Origin: Mobula hypostoma
Lineage: Eukaryota
Length of the DNA stretch: 64,000 nucleotides
NCBI RefSeq assembly: GCF_963921235.1
Contig: NC_086117.1
Location: forward strand, 45,508,001 to 45,572,000
Reading direction: 5' to 3'
The notes below the pieces were generated by a model that was given only the letters and a program-made list of their open reading frames with translations, was not told where the DNA came from and made no database searches. This document shows, in pieces, positions 23,973-36,842 of the stretch; position 1 is the stretch's first letter, and every line of letters starts with the position of its first letter. The position numbers and the translations under genes were made by a program.

Positions 23973-25349
23973 TGGGTGCTGCTGGTTTCAGGCGTTGGAG
24001 CTGGTTTAACTTTGCACTGGGTGCAGTGGAGCTGATGATTGGGCAGCACGGTCCTGAGGTAGCGGAGGTGTGTTACCTCCCTTTGCCAGCCAGTGGGAAA
24101 TAATGATGTGGCACTTCTCGCAGCTGGATTCACATCATCCCTCTAACCATGCAAACACGCCTGTTCTGTCACCGCTGGGCGGGAAGGTGCTGAGCTGGAT
24201 TAGCCGATAAAGTTATTGGACGCGTCGATACCATTAATGGTCTTGCAAGCAATATTGCTAAGTCTGTGGAAGTTGCATCGAAGAATGCTAAAGAAGTTCA
24301 TCAGTGCAATCCTTTTAAGTTTGCAGCCGTAGTGAGATAATGGGCTAGAACTTCGAAAGCGAAATCCGAATTACGTGGATGGGACTGTGCAGTTAGAAAT
24401 GTAACGCGAGACATCTGCTGAGTGCAAATCAGACAGCACCTCCCGAACTCGCAATGAGTAAAATCTTGGTGGGTGGGTGGAAACAAGAGCGATAGGCTTA
24501 TATGAATACCACCACCACCTGCAGACTCCCCCTCCAAATCGCACTGCATTCTGACTTGGTCATAAAAGGTAAAAATACACATTCTGGAAATCTGATATAA
24601 AAATAGGAAATGCTGGAATCACCAGGCTGTGTTTCTGGAGAGACGGAGTGAACGTTTCATATCCCGCTGTTTATAACTCGGGTCTCCAGTATAAGATGGA
24701 CTCCTGACCTCTCAATCTACCTTCCATTATGATCTTCTATTTTACTGTCTACTTCCACTGCACTTTCTCTGTTGCTGTTACACTTTTGTCTGCATTCTGT
24801 CAGTTTTACCTTGTACTACACTACAATAAATTGATCTGTAGGAACAGTATGCAAGGCAAGCTTTTCAATGTATGCATGACAATAATAACTGAATTCCAAT
24901 GTCGACCATAAATGACATCCAAAATAAGCCAATTCCCAGGCTGATGAGGCACGGTTCCTGGGAATTGTTGGGAAGTTCAGTAAACAAAAACCATGCATGG
25001 GAGAGGATCACAGAAACAGCTGGAGTCTCGGAAGAGCGGCCGCGAGCCAGCCTCACTAGCTCGATGAGTGAGTGAGTGAGTCTGCCCAGCGCCCTCAGCT
25101 CTGCTTTACTCCACCTGGATGTAGCAGAATTTGTGTGTTGCATCCAAGATAGTTTCTTCACGCAATATGTAGAGGAAGCTGCTCGAGAAGGAGCTTCTGG
25201 GCCTCCTCTTAGGTAACGATGCAGGCCAAGTAACACAGAGCACTTTTGGTCCTGTCACCATAGTTTTAAAATATGGAGCAGTGCTTCATACTGAAGTCAT
25301 GAACTGACTTCAACATGAGATAGGATCTAGTTGAAGTGAATTAAATTCA

Positions 25350-25953
25350 GAGGACATGCAGTCCTCTTTTATTGTCATTTAGTAATGCATGCATTAAGAA
25401 ATGATACAATATTCCTCCGGTGTGATATCACAGAAACACAGGACAGACCAAGACTGAAAAACTAACAAAAACCACATAATTATAACATATAGTTACAACA
25501 GTGCAACAATACCATAACTTGACGAAGAACAGGCCATGGGCACAGTAAAAAAGTTCAAAGTCTCCCGAAAGTCCCACATCTCACGCAGACGGGAGAAGAA
25601 AGAAAATTCTCCCTGCCATGCCCGACCACAGTCCGACTCTGAGTTGTCCGAAAACTTCGAGCCTCCGACCAGCCCTCCGACACCGAGTACCGAGCACCAC
25701 CTCTGCCGAACGCTTCGACCCCAGCCTCGGTCGCCAGCAGCAGGCAGAGCCGGGGATTTTGGGGCCTTCCCTCCGGAGATTCTAGCTCGCACAGTAACAG
25801 CGGCAGCGAACCGAGCATTTCAGAAGTTTCTCCAGATGTTCCTCATGTCTGTCTCCATCAAATCAGAATTGTGCACGGCATCCTACTTACAAACACAATA
25901 TCATTTCACCGGAGAGCTGCGTGTGCTGTGTCGCGCTGCTATCTTCTCCTCCC
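25350..25953 (-). mobile_element. ~600-bp non-autonomous retroposon, copy 2
   Basis: Colinear with 11572-12223, including the GGGAGGAGAAGAT head (here AAGATAGCAG). Confidence 0.8.
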
Positions 25954-26780
25954 GCCTGAATTTTGTGACTGTTTAAAAGCAAATGAATAGTTGGCAAGTT
26001 GGTGGCCTTTAAAAGGGTCATATCACAAGTCCAGGGCCAGAGGGTTCCTGATAAGGTAAAGCTACCAATTTCAGGGAACCCTGACTGACAACAGATATCA
26101 AGGGCCTGGTTGGGATAAAGAAGGAAGCCTGTGTTGCATTTAAGCAGCTGGGTAAAAGTGAATCCCTGTCGAATATATACAAAAAGTTTAAGCCCAGACA
26201 TAAAAGAAAAAAGAGGAGAGCAAAAAAATGGTGATAGGATTGATTTGGAAGGCAAGGTTAATGATGATGCTAAGAATCAGTGATATAACAGTGAAGAGAT
26301 GACTACGTCCTTTAAAAACCTATTAGGGCTGTCTATGTGGGGAGCCGCAGAAGATGGCTGAGATTTTTCATGTCTATTTCTCTTCAGTGCCACTAATGGG
26401 CACCAAAGACATGATGTAATAAGTAGTTTTTGAATTGAATTGAATTGAATTATCTTTATTGTCATTATACATAGGTACAATGAAACTCTATTTGGCTTTC
26501 TCTCAGGCAATTAGATAAAGCCGTAGATAAAAACAAAACAGTATTGAATAGATAAGTAGCAGAAAATAAGTTGCAGCAGCACCAGAATATCACAGTAATG
26601 CGCAAAATGCTGTTAGCGCAAGTATTTGAGCCCTTGTCTGTGCTCACAGTAAAGCCTGGGTCTTGCGCATAAGGAAGAAGGTACTTATAGCCTTCAAATG
26701 CATTAAGGTGGGCAGATCCCCGGGGTCCAACAGTGTACCCTCAGACCTTATGGGAGGCCAGGGAAGAAATCACAGAGGTC

Positions 26781-27225
26781 CTTGCACAAATACTGTATTT
26801 GTCAACGTGGAATGGAGAGTGAGTTTGTATATATGGCGGGAGCAAAGGATGTTGGGAATGGTGAGGGTGGAGGGCCACAGAAGGGCAGCCGAGAGAGATA
26901 GAGTGCCGGGGGCGGGTGCAGACACACCCAGCCCTGAGACACCAGGCAAGGTCATTTGATTCCAAACAATTGGTTTATTGATCTTCGCAGAATATCTGTC
27001 TGTTGCTTCCTGCTCCCTACCCTTTTCTGAACTATGATTCTCCTCTCTGCCTCCTTTCCACTCACAGTCCACAATGGAGACCCATATCAGAATCGGGTTC
27101 ATTATCACCCACCTCTTTTTTGCAGCAGCAGCAGTACAAAGCAATACATAAAATTACTACAGTACTATGCAAAGTTCTTAAGACACCTGAGCTATACATA
27201 TGAGTCTAAGACTTGCACAGTGCCA
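26781..27225. mobile_element. Repeat bounded by Tc1-type TIR sequence and a mini-MITE
   Basis: TTGCACAAATACTGTA at ~26782 and a ~65-bp CAGTACTATGCAAAG...CTTGCACAGTG hairpin at 27160-27222. Interrupts CR1 sequence. Confidence 0.5.
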
Positions 27226-27554
27226 TGCGTAAATGATTTGGGGATGAATATACATGTGATTAGCGAGTTTGTTGATGATACTAAATTGGGGGCTCTTGTT
27301 GACTGTGTAGCAGTTACAATGAATTGAAAGAGATCTTGACCAGTTCGGGAGATGGGCTGATGTATGGCAAATGGATTTCAGAATCGGAATCGGGTTTATT
27401 ATGTGATGTGAAATTTATTAACTCAACAGCAGCAGTTCAATGCAATACATAATATAGAATAATAATAATAATAAATAAATAAGTAAATCAATTACAGGAT
27501 ACGTATATTGAATAGATTAAAAATCGTGCAAAACAGAAATAATATATATTGAAA

Positions 27555-28285
27555 AAGTGAGACCGCACGAACCCATCTACATCGGTGGTGCGCAGGTGGA
27601 ACAGGTCAGAAGCTTTAAGTTCCTCGGGGTCAATATCACACATGAGCTGACTTGGTCCAACCAAGCAGAGTCCATTGCCAAGAAGGCCCATCAGCGCCTT
27701 TATTTCCTGAGAAAGCTAAAGAAATTTGGCCTGTCCCCTAAAACCCTCACTAATTTTTATAGATGCACCGTAGAAAGCATTCTTCTAGGGTGCATCACAA
27801 CCTGGTATGGAAGTTGTCCTGTCCAAGACCGGTAGAAGCTGCAGAAGATCGTGAACACAGCCCAGCACATCACACAAACCAATCTTCCGTGCTCGGACTC
27901 ACTTTATACCGTACGCTGTCGGAGCAGTGCTGCCAGGATAATCAAGGACACGACCCACCCAGCCAACAGACTTTTCATCCCTCTTCCTTCCGGGAGAAGG
28001 CTCAGGAGCTTGAAGACTTATACGGCCAGATTTGGGAACAGCTTCTTTTCAACTGTGGTAAGACTGCTGAACAGATCCTGACCCGGATCTGGGCCGTACC
28101 CTCCAAATATCCAGACCTGCCTTTCAGTTTTTTGCACTACCTTACTTTCCCTTTTCTATTTGATTTATAATTTGAATTTTTATTATATTTACTATCGATT
28201 TCTACGCCAGGGAGCACGAAGCACATAATCAAATATTGCTGTGATGATTGTACGCTTTAGCACAATTGTTTGGCAACAATAAAGT
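27555..28285 (+). mobile_element. Young Rex1/Babar LINE 3' fragment
   Basis: FKFLGVNI...KKAHQRLYFLRKL...FYRCTVESIL...LPSGRRLRS with one internal stop, ending CAATAAAG. Inserted in an older minus-strand Rex1 3' end (27380-28635). Confidence 0.9.
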
Positions 28286-29102
28286 AGCGTTCATGGGTTC
28301 AATGTCCATTTAGGAATCGGCTGGCAGAAGAGAAGAAGCTGTTCCTGAATCACTGAGTGTGTGCCTTCAGACTTCTGTATCTCCTACCTGATGGTAACAG
28401 TGAGAAAGGGCATGCCCTGGGTGCTGGAGGTCTTTAATAATGGACGCTGCCTTTCTGAGACACCGCTCCTTGAAGATGTCATAAGTACTTTGTAGGCTAG
28501 TACCCAAGATGTAGACCCTCTGTGGCTTCTTTCAGTCCCGTGCAGTAGCCGCCCACCACCACCCCCCATACCAGCCAGTCACGCAGCCTGTCAGAATGCT
28601 CTCCACAGTATATCTATAGAAGTTTTTGAGTATCTTTACTTAGATATCTACTGTAAGTGTGAGGTGATGTATTCTGGACATACGGAACTTTCACAGTGAA
28701 TGGCAAATGACAAGTGTTGTGGAACAGAGGGACGGAATACTAGAGCGTACTTTGCTGAAAATAGCAGCACAAGTAGACAGGGTGGTGAAGACATTGTCTG
28801 CTAGCCTTTGTCACTGAAGGCATTAAGTTTAGGAGTAGGGACATTATGTTGCAGTTATATGTCATTGGTGAAGTCACATTTGAAGAACTCGGTACAGTTT
28901 TGGTCTCGCTGTATAGGAAAGACAATATCAAGCTGGAGAGGCTGCAGAAGAGATAGAAGACCTGAGTTATAGGGAGAGGTTGGCTACACTTGAAGCGCAG
29001 GAAAATGAAGTGTGACCTCATAGAAGCTTAATAAATCATAAGCAGTATAGATAAGGTTGTCAGTCATACTGGTTCAGGGTTGAGGACTCTAAAACTCAAG
29101 GG

Positions 29103-29831
29103 TGTTACAATGGGGCGTAGGGAGGCGGACCCAAGTGCAGGACACAGACACTGAGGTAGCATTATCAGAGGTGTGTTTATTAATAGTTGCAAGGAAAGCC
29201 GGGGAGCGAGGATAGAATGCTTACGTGGACGACGGTGTGGGACAACAAACAGGAGGAGCTCGGACACGGAGCCCGGACTTGGACTCGACTTGGACATCAA
29301 GCCTGGACTTGGTCACCGAGCAACAAAACAAAACCAAACAATGACAGGCAATTCGTATCACGACTCAGAGCAGCAGCAAATGGCCTGCAATACTCAGCCG
29401 GGCGCAAGATGACAAAACAAACGACGACAGACAATTTGTATCGCGACTTGGAGTAGTGACAAACAGCCTGCAATACTCAGCCAGACATGAGATGACAAAA
29501 GCCAGCAACAACAGTCCATTCGTATCTCGGCTCCGGGTAGCACATGAAGTGGCAAGCGGCCAGAAAAACTCAACTGGATGGCAAGCTCTCGACTCGACCC
29601 AGGAACTGCGGATGGCAGGCTCTCGTCTCGACCCAGGAACTGCGGACGGCAGGCTCTCGGAACGAGCATAGCTGCACTGCTGAGGTGATGAACCAGCAGC
29701 GAGTAGATGTAAGGCAGAGTTTTTATGCTGCCGGTTTGAATGAGGATCAGGTGCCCTAATCAAGGAGCCCAGTGGAACACGGGGAAAAGGAAATAAACTG
29801 AAATGAGGAGTCAACGGACTGGACCATGACA
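29103..29831 (-). mobile_element. Solo LTR (Gypsy-like)
   Basis: TGT...ACA termini and a near-identical 5-bp flank (AAGGG/GAGGG) inside a CR1. On the minus strand: CACCTG, CATAAAA, AATAAA, CTGCACTTGGGTCC. Internal 83-bp and 34-bp tandem repeats. Confidence 0.82.
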
Positions 29832-31514
29832 GAGGGCACAGATAAAAAATAAGGGAAGAGAGAATTAAGAGACCTGAGAGATAACTTCTTTGCAGAGGGC
29901 AGTGAGTACCTGAAATGAACTACCAGATGAAGTGATCAAGGCAGATTCAAAAGCAATGTTTGGGAGGGGATTGGAGGGTAATGGGCAGAATGCAGGCAAC
30001 TGGGACGAGCAGGAAGGATGCTGTGCTTGGTGTGTACTCGTTGGGCTGAAGGGCCTGTTTCTGTGACTATTGCAGCTCTGGCAGTGCATACAGAAGATAG
30101 AGAAGGCACACTGAAATGTCCATTCTCAGCTGGCAGATGTATGCAGTAGCCATCAAATACATCCACATCAAATCCTGCCACAGCTCCCAAACATTTATTC
30201 ATATTCATGGAGTGTCCATAAGTCGGGCATTTGTAACATGGGAAGGACCTGTATTTCTGATGACCTTTCACTAGAACTAGAAGGGATATGGCTGGTTTTA
30301 GTCAACACCTTCGCAAATACAAGAGAAATAGGAATTACTGGCGATGAACAAAGTAAGAGATAGATATCCCATCAGAGAGGAGCAGAGCTTTTTTCCCCCA
30401 CAGAGAGGACTCCTGGAGATGGAAAATTCAACAGTAACAAAAGCAAAATACTGCAGATGCAAGAACTCTGAAATAAAAATAGAAGGTGCGGCAAGATACT
30501 CAGCAGATCAGACAGCATTTGTGAAGGTCAACGTTAACATTTCAGGTCTATAATTTTTTTTCAGAGCTATGGATTCCAGTCAATTAAAAACTGCATTCCG
30601 TCTTCTAATTCACCACAAGTTCAATTATGCTTCCAAGCAACTACTATGACTGCTTTTTTTCTAATTCAGTCCAAGTGACTAACTGTATTTCAGTCATTGT
30701 GCCATGTAGAAGGCTGGCTTAAAGCTGATGACAATCTTCCCTACCTTGGCTCTTCAGCCACCTCTAGACTCTGCTATAATTGACGGTCAGTGCAATTACG
30801 AGCCTTGGAGGTCACTGAAACATTGGTGCCATTTATCGACAGGTACCCCGCACCTTTCCGAGAGAGGTTGCATACTCTTTTGTGTCTTGATGTGTGACTC
30901 ATAAGCTGGCCAGAATGAGGGTTCAGCTCTTGCTTGAAGCCTTGCAGGAAGAGGCACCAGTCATCAATGATCCACTTATACTAATTTGGCACTAATCCCA
31001 ATTTATTCTTCCCACATTTCCATCACAATCCCCTGATTCTTCCACTTTCCTACAAACTAGAAGGAATTTACAGTGGCCTCCCAACTTGCATGTCTTTTGG
31101 ACATGGGAAGAAACCCATATTATCACAGGAAGAACGTGCAAACTCCGCACAGATGGCATTCAAGGTCAGGATTGGACCCAGATCGATAGAACTGTGAGGC
31201 AGCTACTCAACCTCCCCTGCCAAACAGCTCTATTAGCTGTGTCACTGAACCACCCCCAACCCCACCCAGAGCTGTTGAACGTTCAGAGGAGTCTTGTGGC
31301 AGCTGCGCCAAGGGTGGATTTGCCTGGATGTGATGGTCAGCATGCATTCTAATGTAGAGTTCCCTTGATTGCTCTATCCCATCAGCTTCTCAGTGAGGCA
31401 CGAAGCCAGCAAGCAGAGATATAACCACTCATTTAAGAGTGTATTCTACAGTTGTGTTCCCAAGTGATGGAACTGAAGGCTTTGGTAAGGTTCAACAAAC
31501 CATATATAGTGGCT

Positions 31515-32025
31515 ACACACACAAAATTCTGGAGGAATTCAGGTCAGCAGGCCAGGCAGCATCTATGGAAAAAAAAAAGTACAGTCAACGTTTCAGGCCG
31601 AAACCCTTCCGCAGGCCTAGAGGAAGAAAAGCTGAGGAGTAGATTTGAAAGGTGGGGGGAGGAGAGAGAGACGCCAGGTGATAGGTGAAACATGGAGGCA
31701 GAGAGATGAAGCAAAGAGCTAGGAAGTTGATTGGTGAAAGAGACTGAAGGCCACGGAAGAAAGGGGGAGGGGCAATGGATGGGTAAGGAGATAATTGGGA
31801 GAGGGACAAGGGAATGGGAAATAGTGAAGGGGGGGTGGAGGCATTACTGGAAGTTTGAGAAATCAATGTTTATGACATCTGGAGGCCACCCAGACGGAAT
31901 ATAAGGTGTTCCTCCAACCTAAGTGTGGCCTTATCCTGACAGTGGAGGAGGCCATGGATGGACATAATAGAATGGGAATGGGAAGTGGAATTAAAATGGG
32001 TGGCCACTGGGAGATCATTGCTCCC
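31515..32025 (-). mobile_element. Penelope-like 3' fragment
   Basis: DLPVATHFNSTSHSHS...RLEEHLIFRLG (end of the GIY-YIG domain) followed by the terminal sequence. Confidence 0.85.
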
Positions 32026-32659
32026 TGCATTTGCCTGAAGATTAGCCCACTTTCCTTCTGATGGATGGTCTGTCACAGAAATGTACTTCAGCTGGATGGT
32101 TATGGGATGTCACAGTTTTGCTCTATATCTTTTCTAGGTTTAAACTACTTTAAGAGAGTTTGATAGGACAATCTAGGGGTAATTTCTTTATATCAACCTT
32201 CAAACCCCTGACCCCATCTTTCACTCACCACTATCCCTGTATCAAGGGTGTTTTTGCTGGGTTAGTTACAGGCATCCTTAAATTGTACTGTAATAAAAAC
32301 AGAAAATGCCAGAAGCATTCTGCGCCAGGTAGCCATTTGTAGAAAGAGAAACAGACCGTTACCAGGCAACATATCAGGTCCATAGTCCTTCATCAGAACT
32401 GCACTGAGCCTGTCGGGACATGTTTGATGGGTGTGTATATACAGAAGGCTTGATTCTGTGCATGTTTCATGGTAAATAAGATTAGTTCACCTCTCTCTAT
32501 TAATGTCATTTACTATGAAACATGCACAGAACCAAGGTGGGTGCACAGGACACTGAATTATTGGTTAAACAATGATAATCATAGACTAGTAGGAACATGT
32601 GCTGAAACAATAAAAGCATTGTCATACAAACCTGCTAAATGTTTCCACTGTAAAAAGAC

Positions 32660-32665
32660 TTTATT
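32660..32665 (-). terminator. Candidate polyadenylation signal of CCDC183
   Basis: AATAAA on the minus strand, 33 nt after the TAG. Confidence 0.6.
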
Positions 32666-32698
32666 TTCAGTGACTAATGCACAAAATCAGATTCCAAT

Positions 32699-32859
32699 CT
32701 AACAAACAACTTTTTTCTTGCTGACATATTGTTTCCTGTCTTTCTTCTTCACTCTCCTCACTACTCTCGTTTTATCTTGGACTAGAAGCTCGCTCTGTCT
32801 TTTGATTTCCTCTCTTGTGAGAACACCATTGTTGCCTGTTATTATGTAGTCAAAGTCAT
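32699..32859 (-). CDS. CCDC183: CCDC183-like, last coding exon
   Basis: Acceptor tccttttccag, phase 1. Encodes DDFDYIITGNNGVLTREEIKRQSELLVQDKTRVVRRVKKKDRKQYVSKKKVVC-stop. The R.EIKRQ motif and basic tail are typical of CCDC183/CCDC151 C-termini. Confidence 0.82.
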
Positions 32860-33421
32860 CTGGAAAAGGAGAGTTGTAGAACATAAAACAGTACAGGATA
32901 GGAACAAGCCCCTTGGCCGATACCTGTGCCAACCACACCAATTTTAAATAAATCCCATTCACTTGCACATAATCTACATCCCCTCGCATTCATATACCTG
33001 TCTAAATGTCTCTTACATTACTATTTTATCTGCTTCTACCACCTCCCCAGCAGGACACTCCAGACACCTAACACACCCTATGCACTGAAAACATGTCATG
33101 TCAATCTCCTTTAAAATTTTCCCTTTCTATATAAAGGAATCGGACATTTCCTTCTTTGGAAAAAGACTCCATCTATGTTCATAGGAGACAGCTCCCAACA
33201 GTGAACCTCGATCCTCCTGGTTCAGCCACCTGTGCACTGGAAGATCCTTTGCGGACTCAATCCCATTCTAAACCATCGGCAGGGTCATCCAATTTACAGT
33301 AAGAACACAATGAAGCAACTACAATTTTCCCATCATCAAACTGTAACTCTACAAAATAGGTGGAAATGAATATGTAGCCCTGTTCTTTCAAGAAGCTTCA
33401 TTTTAATGGCCTCTTTTAATA

Positions 33422-33720
33422 AAGGCATCCATAAGTCTTGTCAGACCATGGATCTGTGCCTGAAAAGTCTTCACTCGCCAGGGCGCAGGCCTGGGCAAGG
33501 TTGTATGGAAGACCAGCAGTTGCCTATGCTGCAAGTCTCCCCTCTCCACGACACCGATGTCGTCCAAGGGAAGGACAAGGGCCGATACAGCTTGGCACCA
33601 GTGTTGTTGCAGAGCACTGTGTGGTTAAGTGCATTGCTCCAGGACAAAAACACGCTGCCTTGGCTGGGGCTCAAACTCATGACCTTCAGGTCACTACCTT
33701 AACCACTTGGCCACGTGCCC
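33422..33720 (-). mobile_element. tRNA-headed CORE-like SINE with RTE-type body and tail
   Basis: A box TGGCCAAGTGG, B-box-like GAGTTTGAGCCC, CORE-like GTCCTGGAGCAATGCACTTAACC. The 3' ~190 bp match 12855-13040. Confidence 0.75.
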
Positions 33721-33925
33721 ACACCCTCCCACCAAAATACATGGAAAGATACGTGGGAGTGCAGAGGTGTCGGCCACTCACATTTCATTCCATCCAACCA
33801 GATGAATGGAAAATGTAAAGTGCAAAAACTAAGCCTGTGTCTATTTGTACTTTAGACCCCTCAGTGCACAGAAGGTCAGCACAGTGGCTGCATTGTAGAG
33901 ATAATGGATGTTTTGTTGTGCTTAC

Positions 33926-34001
33926 CTTGCATATCATAACCTAAATCCATTTTTTTGCTCTTCTGGTTCTCAGCGAATGCCTTTTCTATTAATTCTGTCA
34001 A
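33926..34001 (-). CDS. CCDC183: CCDC183-like, penultimate coding exon
   Basis: Acceptor atctttcag, 76 nt (phase 0 to 1), donor GTAAG. Encodes LTELIEKAFAENQKSKKMDLGYDMQ. Phases fit both neighbouring exons. Confidence 0.75.
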
Positions 34002-35299
34002 CTGAAAGATCCAGGTTAATTACAAAGGATGGATTGGAAGGATGGACCACATTGTAATCAAAGAGTTTCAAACACAAATGTTGCAGCATCTCACTCATTG
34101 CTGTGGATGCAAATTAACCATTAGGACCTAGTCTCAGACTCTGTCAATCCACAATTCCAGTTGGGTTAGCTGGATGATGACTGTTGTGGCTTTCTCTTAG
34201 AAGCATAGCATTGGAAACTTTGGGATTTCTCCTGAAAACTAAGTCTTAAATAGTAGGCCAATATATGGCCATGTGATCTTTTTGCTGCTACTATCAGGCA
34301 GGAGATACAGAAGCCTATAGTACTATAACACCAGCTTCAAGAACAGCCACTTCCTTTCAGCCAGTTGATTCTTGAACCAACTTGCACAACCTTGATTACA
34401 ACTGTGTAACACTATTACCACTTTGCACTAAAATAGACTTTATTTTGTTCTAATTGTTTTCTTGTAAAATTATGTATAATTTATGTTTTTGAGAATACTT
34501 CTTACACAATGCTATGTGGTGCTGCTGAAATTAAGTTCTTATTGCATCTATGCATATATGTATTTGTGTAAATGACAAACTTGACTTTGATAAAACCAAT
34601 ACTCTTTCCTCATGCCTTCATACTCACAATCAATTTGTCACAATCAGAATATAATTAATTCCTACCAATCTATCACCCTCAAGATCTCAAATCTTCAGGA
34701 ATCTCTTTCCAATGTTTCCTTTCCTCAAATTGATCAATGGTGTTTATGCATTCTCTTGGATCCAGATGCTCAAGCATTGTCAGTTTTTATTTCCAGCGGC
34801 TGCAGTGTAGTACAGAGACCAGATCTGTGCCTAGTATTTCAGCTGTAGCTATATGGGCATAAAGTTGTACCCAGTGTAAAGTGTTAGTGCTGAGATGGTA
34901 AAGGGTACAATCCCAGAAGGTATCCCAATTTCCTCTAATGAAACAATATAAAGCCGATGCCATTGTTGTGGGTGACACCAAGATTCAGGTTGTAGTGTAC
35001 AGGCAGAAAGGCTATTGAAGTTTGAAAAGTGAATTTAACAAGCTGTGAAAATAGACTGAAAAATGGCAAATAGAATTTCATGTATGAGGTGGCAGTCTTC
35101 GTAAGGACAAACCAAGGTAACACATACACAGTGAATGGTGGGGCTCTGGCTCTGAGGTGAGCAGTAGAACAAAGGAACCAGATAATACAGATCCAACATT
35201 CCTTGAACTCTAGGTAGATAGGGTTATAAAGACAGCTTTTGACACATTGGCCTTCATAAATGTATTTATTTATTGCAAAGCAGGATCTTTGAGCCACGC

Positions 35300-35522
35300 T
35301 GCCCAGCAAATTCCCCCAATTTTAATTGCTAGACAATCTTATACTGACCAATTAATTTACCAACCGGTACGTCTTTGGACTGTGGGAGGAAACCGGAGCA
35401 CCCGGAGGAAACCCACGCGGTCACAGCGAGAATATACAAACGCCTTACAAGCAATGGTGGGAATTGAACCCAGTCACCTGTACAGTAAGCGTTGTACTAG
35501 TCACCATGCTACTGTGCCACCA
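35300..35522 (-). mobile_element. tRNA-derived V-SINE (HE1-like)
   Basis: B box GGTTCAATTCC and GGGTTTCCTCCGGGTGCTCCGGTTTCCTCCCACAGTCCAAAGAC. Confidence 0.85.
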
Positions 35523-35747
35523 CAAAATGGACAAGACATTGGTTTGGCCGAATTTAGTGTATTGTGTGCAGTTCTGGGCATTTCCCTACATGAAAAATAT
35601 TAATAAGCTTGAAAGAGTGCAGTGAAATTTTACAAGGATGTTTCTAAAACTTGAGGATTTGAGTTATACGAAAAGGTTGAATAGGTTAGGAATTTATTCC
35701 CTGAAGAGCAGCAGAAAGAGGAGTGATCTTGTAAACCTGTACAAAAT

Positions 35748-36842
35748 CGGATCCAAGGTAACATTGCTTTGTGGATCCAGAACTGGCTTGCCCACAGAAG
35801 GCAAAGAGTGGTTGTAGATGGGTCATATTCTGCATGGAGGTCAGTGACCAGTGATGTGCCTCAGGGATCTGTTCTGGGATCCTTACTCTTCGTGATTTTT
35901 ATAAATGACCTGGATGAGGAAGTTGAGGGATGGGTTAGTAAATTTGCTGATGACACAAAGGTTGGGGATGTTGTGGATAGTGTGGAGGGCTGTCAGAGGT
36001 TACAGGGGGACATCGATAGGATGCAAAACTGGGCTGAGAAGTGGCAGATAGAGTTCAACCCGGGTAAGTGTGAGGTGGTTCATTTTGGTAGGTCAAATAT
36101 GATGGCAGAATATAGTATTAATGGTAAGTGGCAGTGTGGAGGGTCAGAGGGATCTTGGGGTCCTAGTCCATAGGACACGCAAAGCTGCTATGCAGGTTGA
36201 CTCTGTGGTTAAGAAAGCACACGATACATTGGCCTTCATCAACCGTGGGATTGAGTTCAAGAGCTGAGTGGTAATGTTGCAGCTGTATAGGACCCTGGTC
36301 AGACCCCACTTGGAGTACTGTGCTCAATTCTGGTCGCCTCACTACAGGAAGGATGTGGAAACCATAGAAAGGGTGCAGAGGAGATTTACAAGGATGTTGC
36401 CTGGATTGGGGAGTATGCCTTATGAGAATAGGTTGAGTGAACTCGGCCTTTTCTCCTTGGAGCCACAGAAGATGAGAGGTGACCTGATAGAGGTGTACAA
36501 GATAATGACAGGCATTGATCGTGTGGATAGTCAGAGGCTTTTTCCCAGGGCTGAAATGGTTAGCATGAGAGGGCATAGTTTTAAGGTGCTTGGAAGTAGG
36601 TACAGAGATGTCAGGGGTAAGCTTTTTATGCAGAGAGTGGTGAGTGCATGGAATGGGCTGCCGGCAGCAGTGGCGGAGGCAGAAACAATAGGGTCTTTTA
36701 AGAGACTCCTGGATGGCTACGTGAAGCTTAGAAAAGTAGAGAGCTGTGGGTAAAGCCTAGGTAGTTCTAAGGTAAGGACATGTTCAGCACAGCTTTGTCA
36801 GCCGAAGGGCCTGCATTGTGCTGTAGGTTTTCTATGTTTCTA
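35748..36842 (+). mobile_element. Young CR1 LINE nested in an older CR1 (34860-37180)
   Basis: ORFs 35769-36173 and 36268-36753 (RT C-terminus) and a TTTCTATGTTTCTA tail. Confidence 0.92.

Larger units (their letters stand above)
23480..24080. promoter_or_regulatory. CpG island / RABL6 promoter and 5' UTR
   Basis: GC- and CpG-rich against a CpG-poor background. GC box GGGGCGGAG at ~23805, NRF1-like TGCGCCTGCGCA at 23825-23836, ATTGG (CCAAT on minus) at ~24038. Confidence 0.85.

Noticed and set aside
23393-24103. 236-aa plus-strand ORF and other overlapping ORFs in the CpG island
   Set aside because: Stop-poor GC-rich DNA antisense to RABL6 exon 1, with a non-ATG start and no recognisable domain.
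24194-24340. Protein-like plus-strand frame GLADKVIGRVDTINGLASNIAKSVEVASKNAKEVHQ
   Set aside because: About 48 codons bounded by stops, with no ATG, no clear splice sites and no recognised homology.
29340-29660. Spaced repeats that might suggest a CRISPR-like array
   Set aside because: They are contiguous 83-bp and 34-bp tandem units without unique spacers, inside a eukaryotic LTR.
33650-33720. tRNA gene candidates here and at ~11117 and ~35450
   Set aside because: A/B boxes run into SINE bodies and no complete cloverleaf can be formed.
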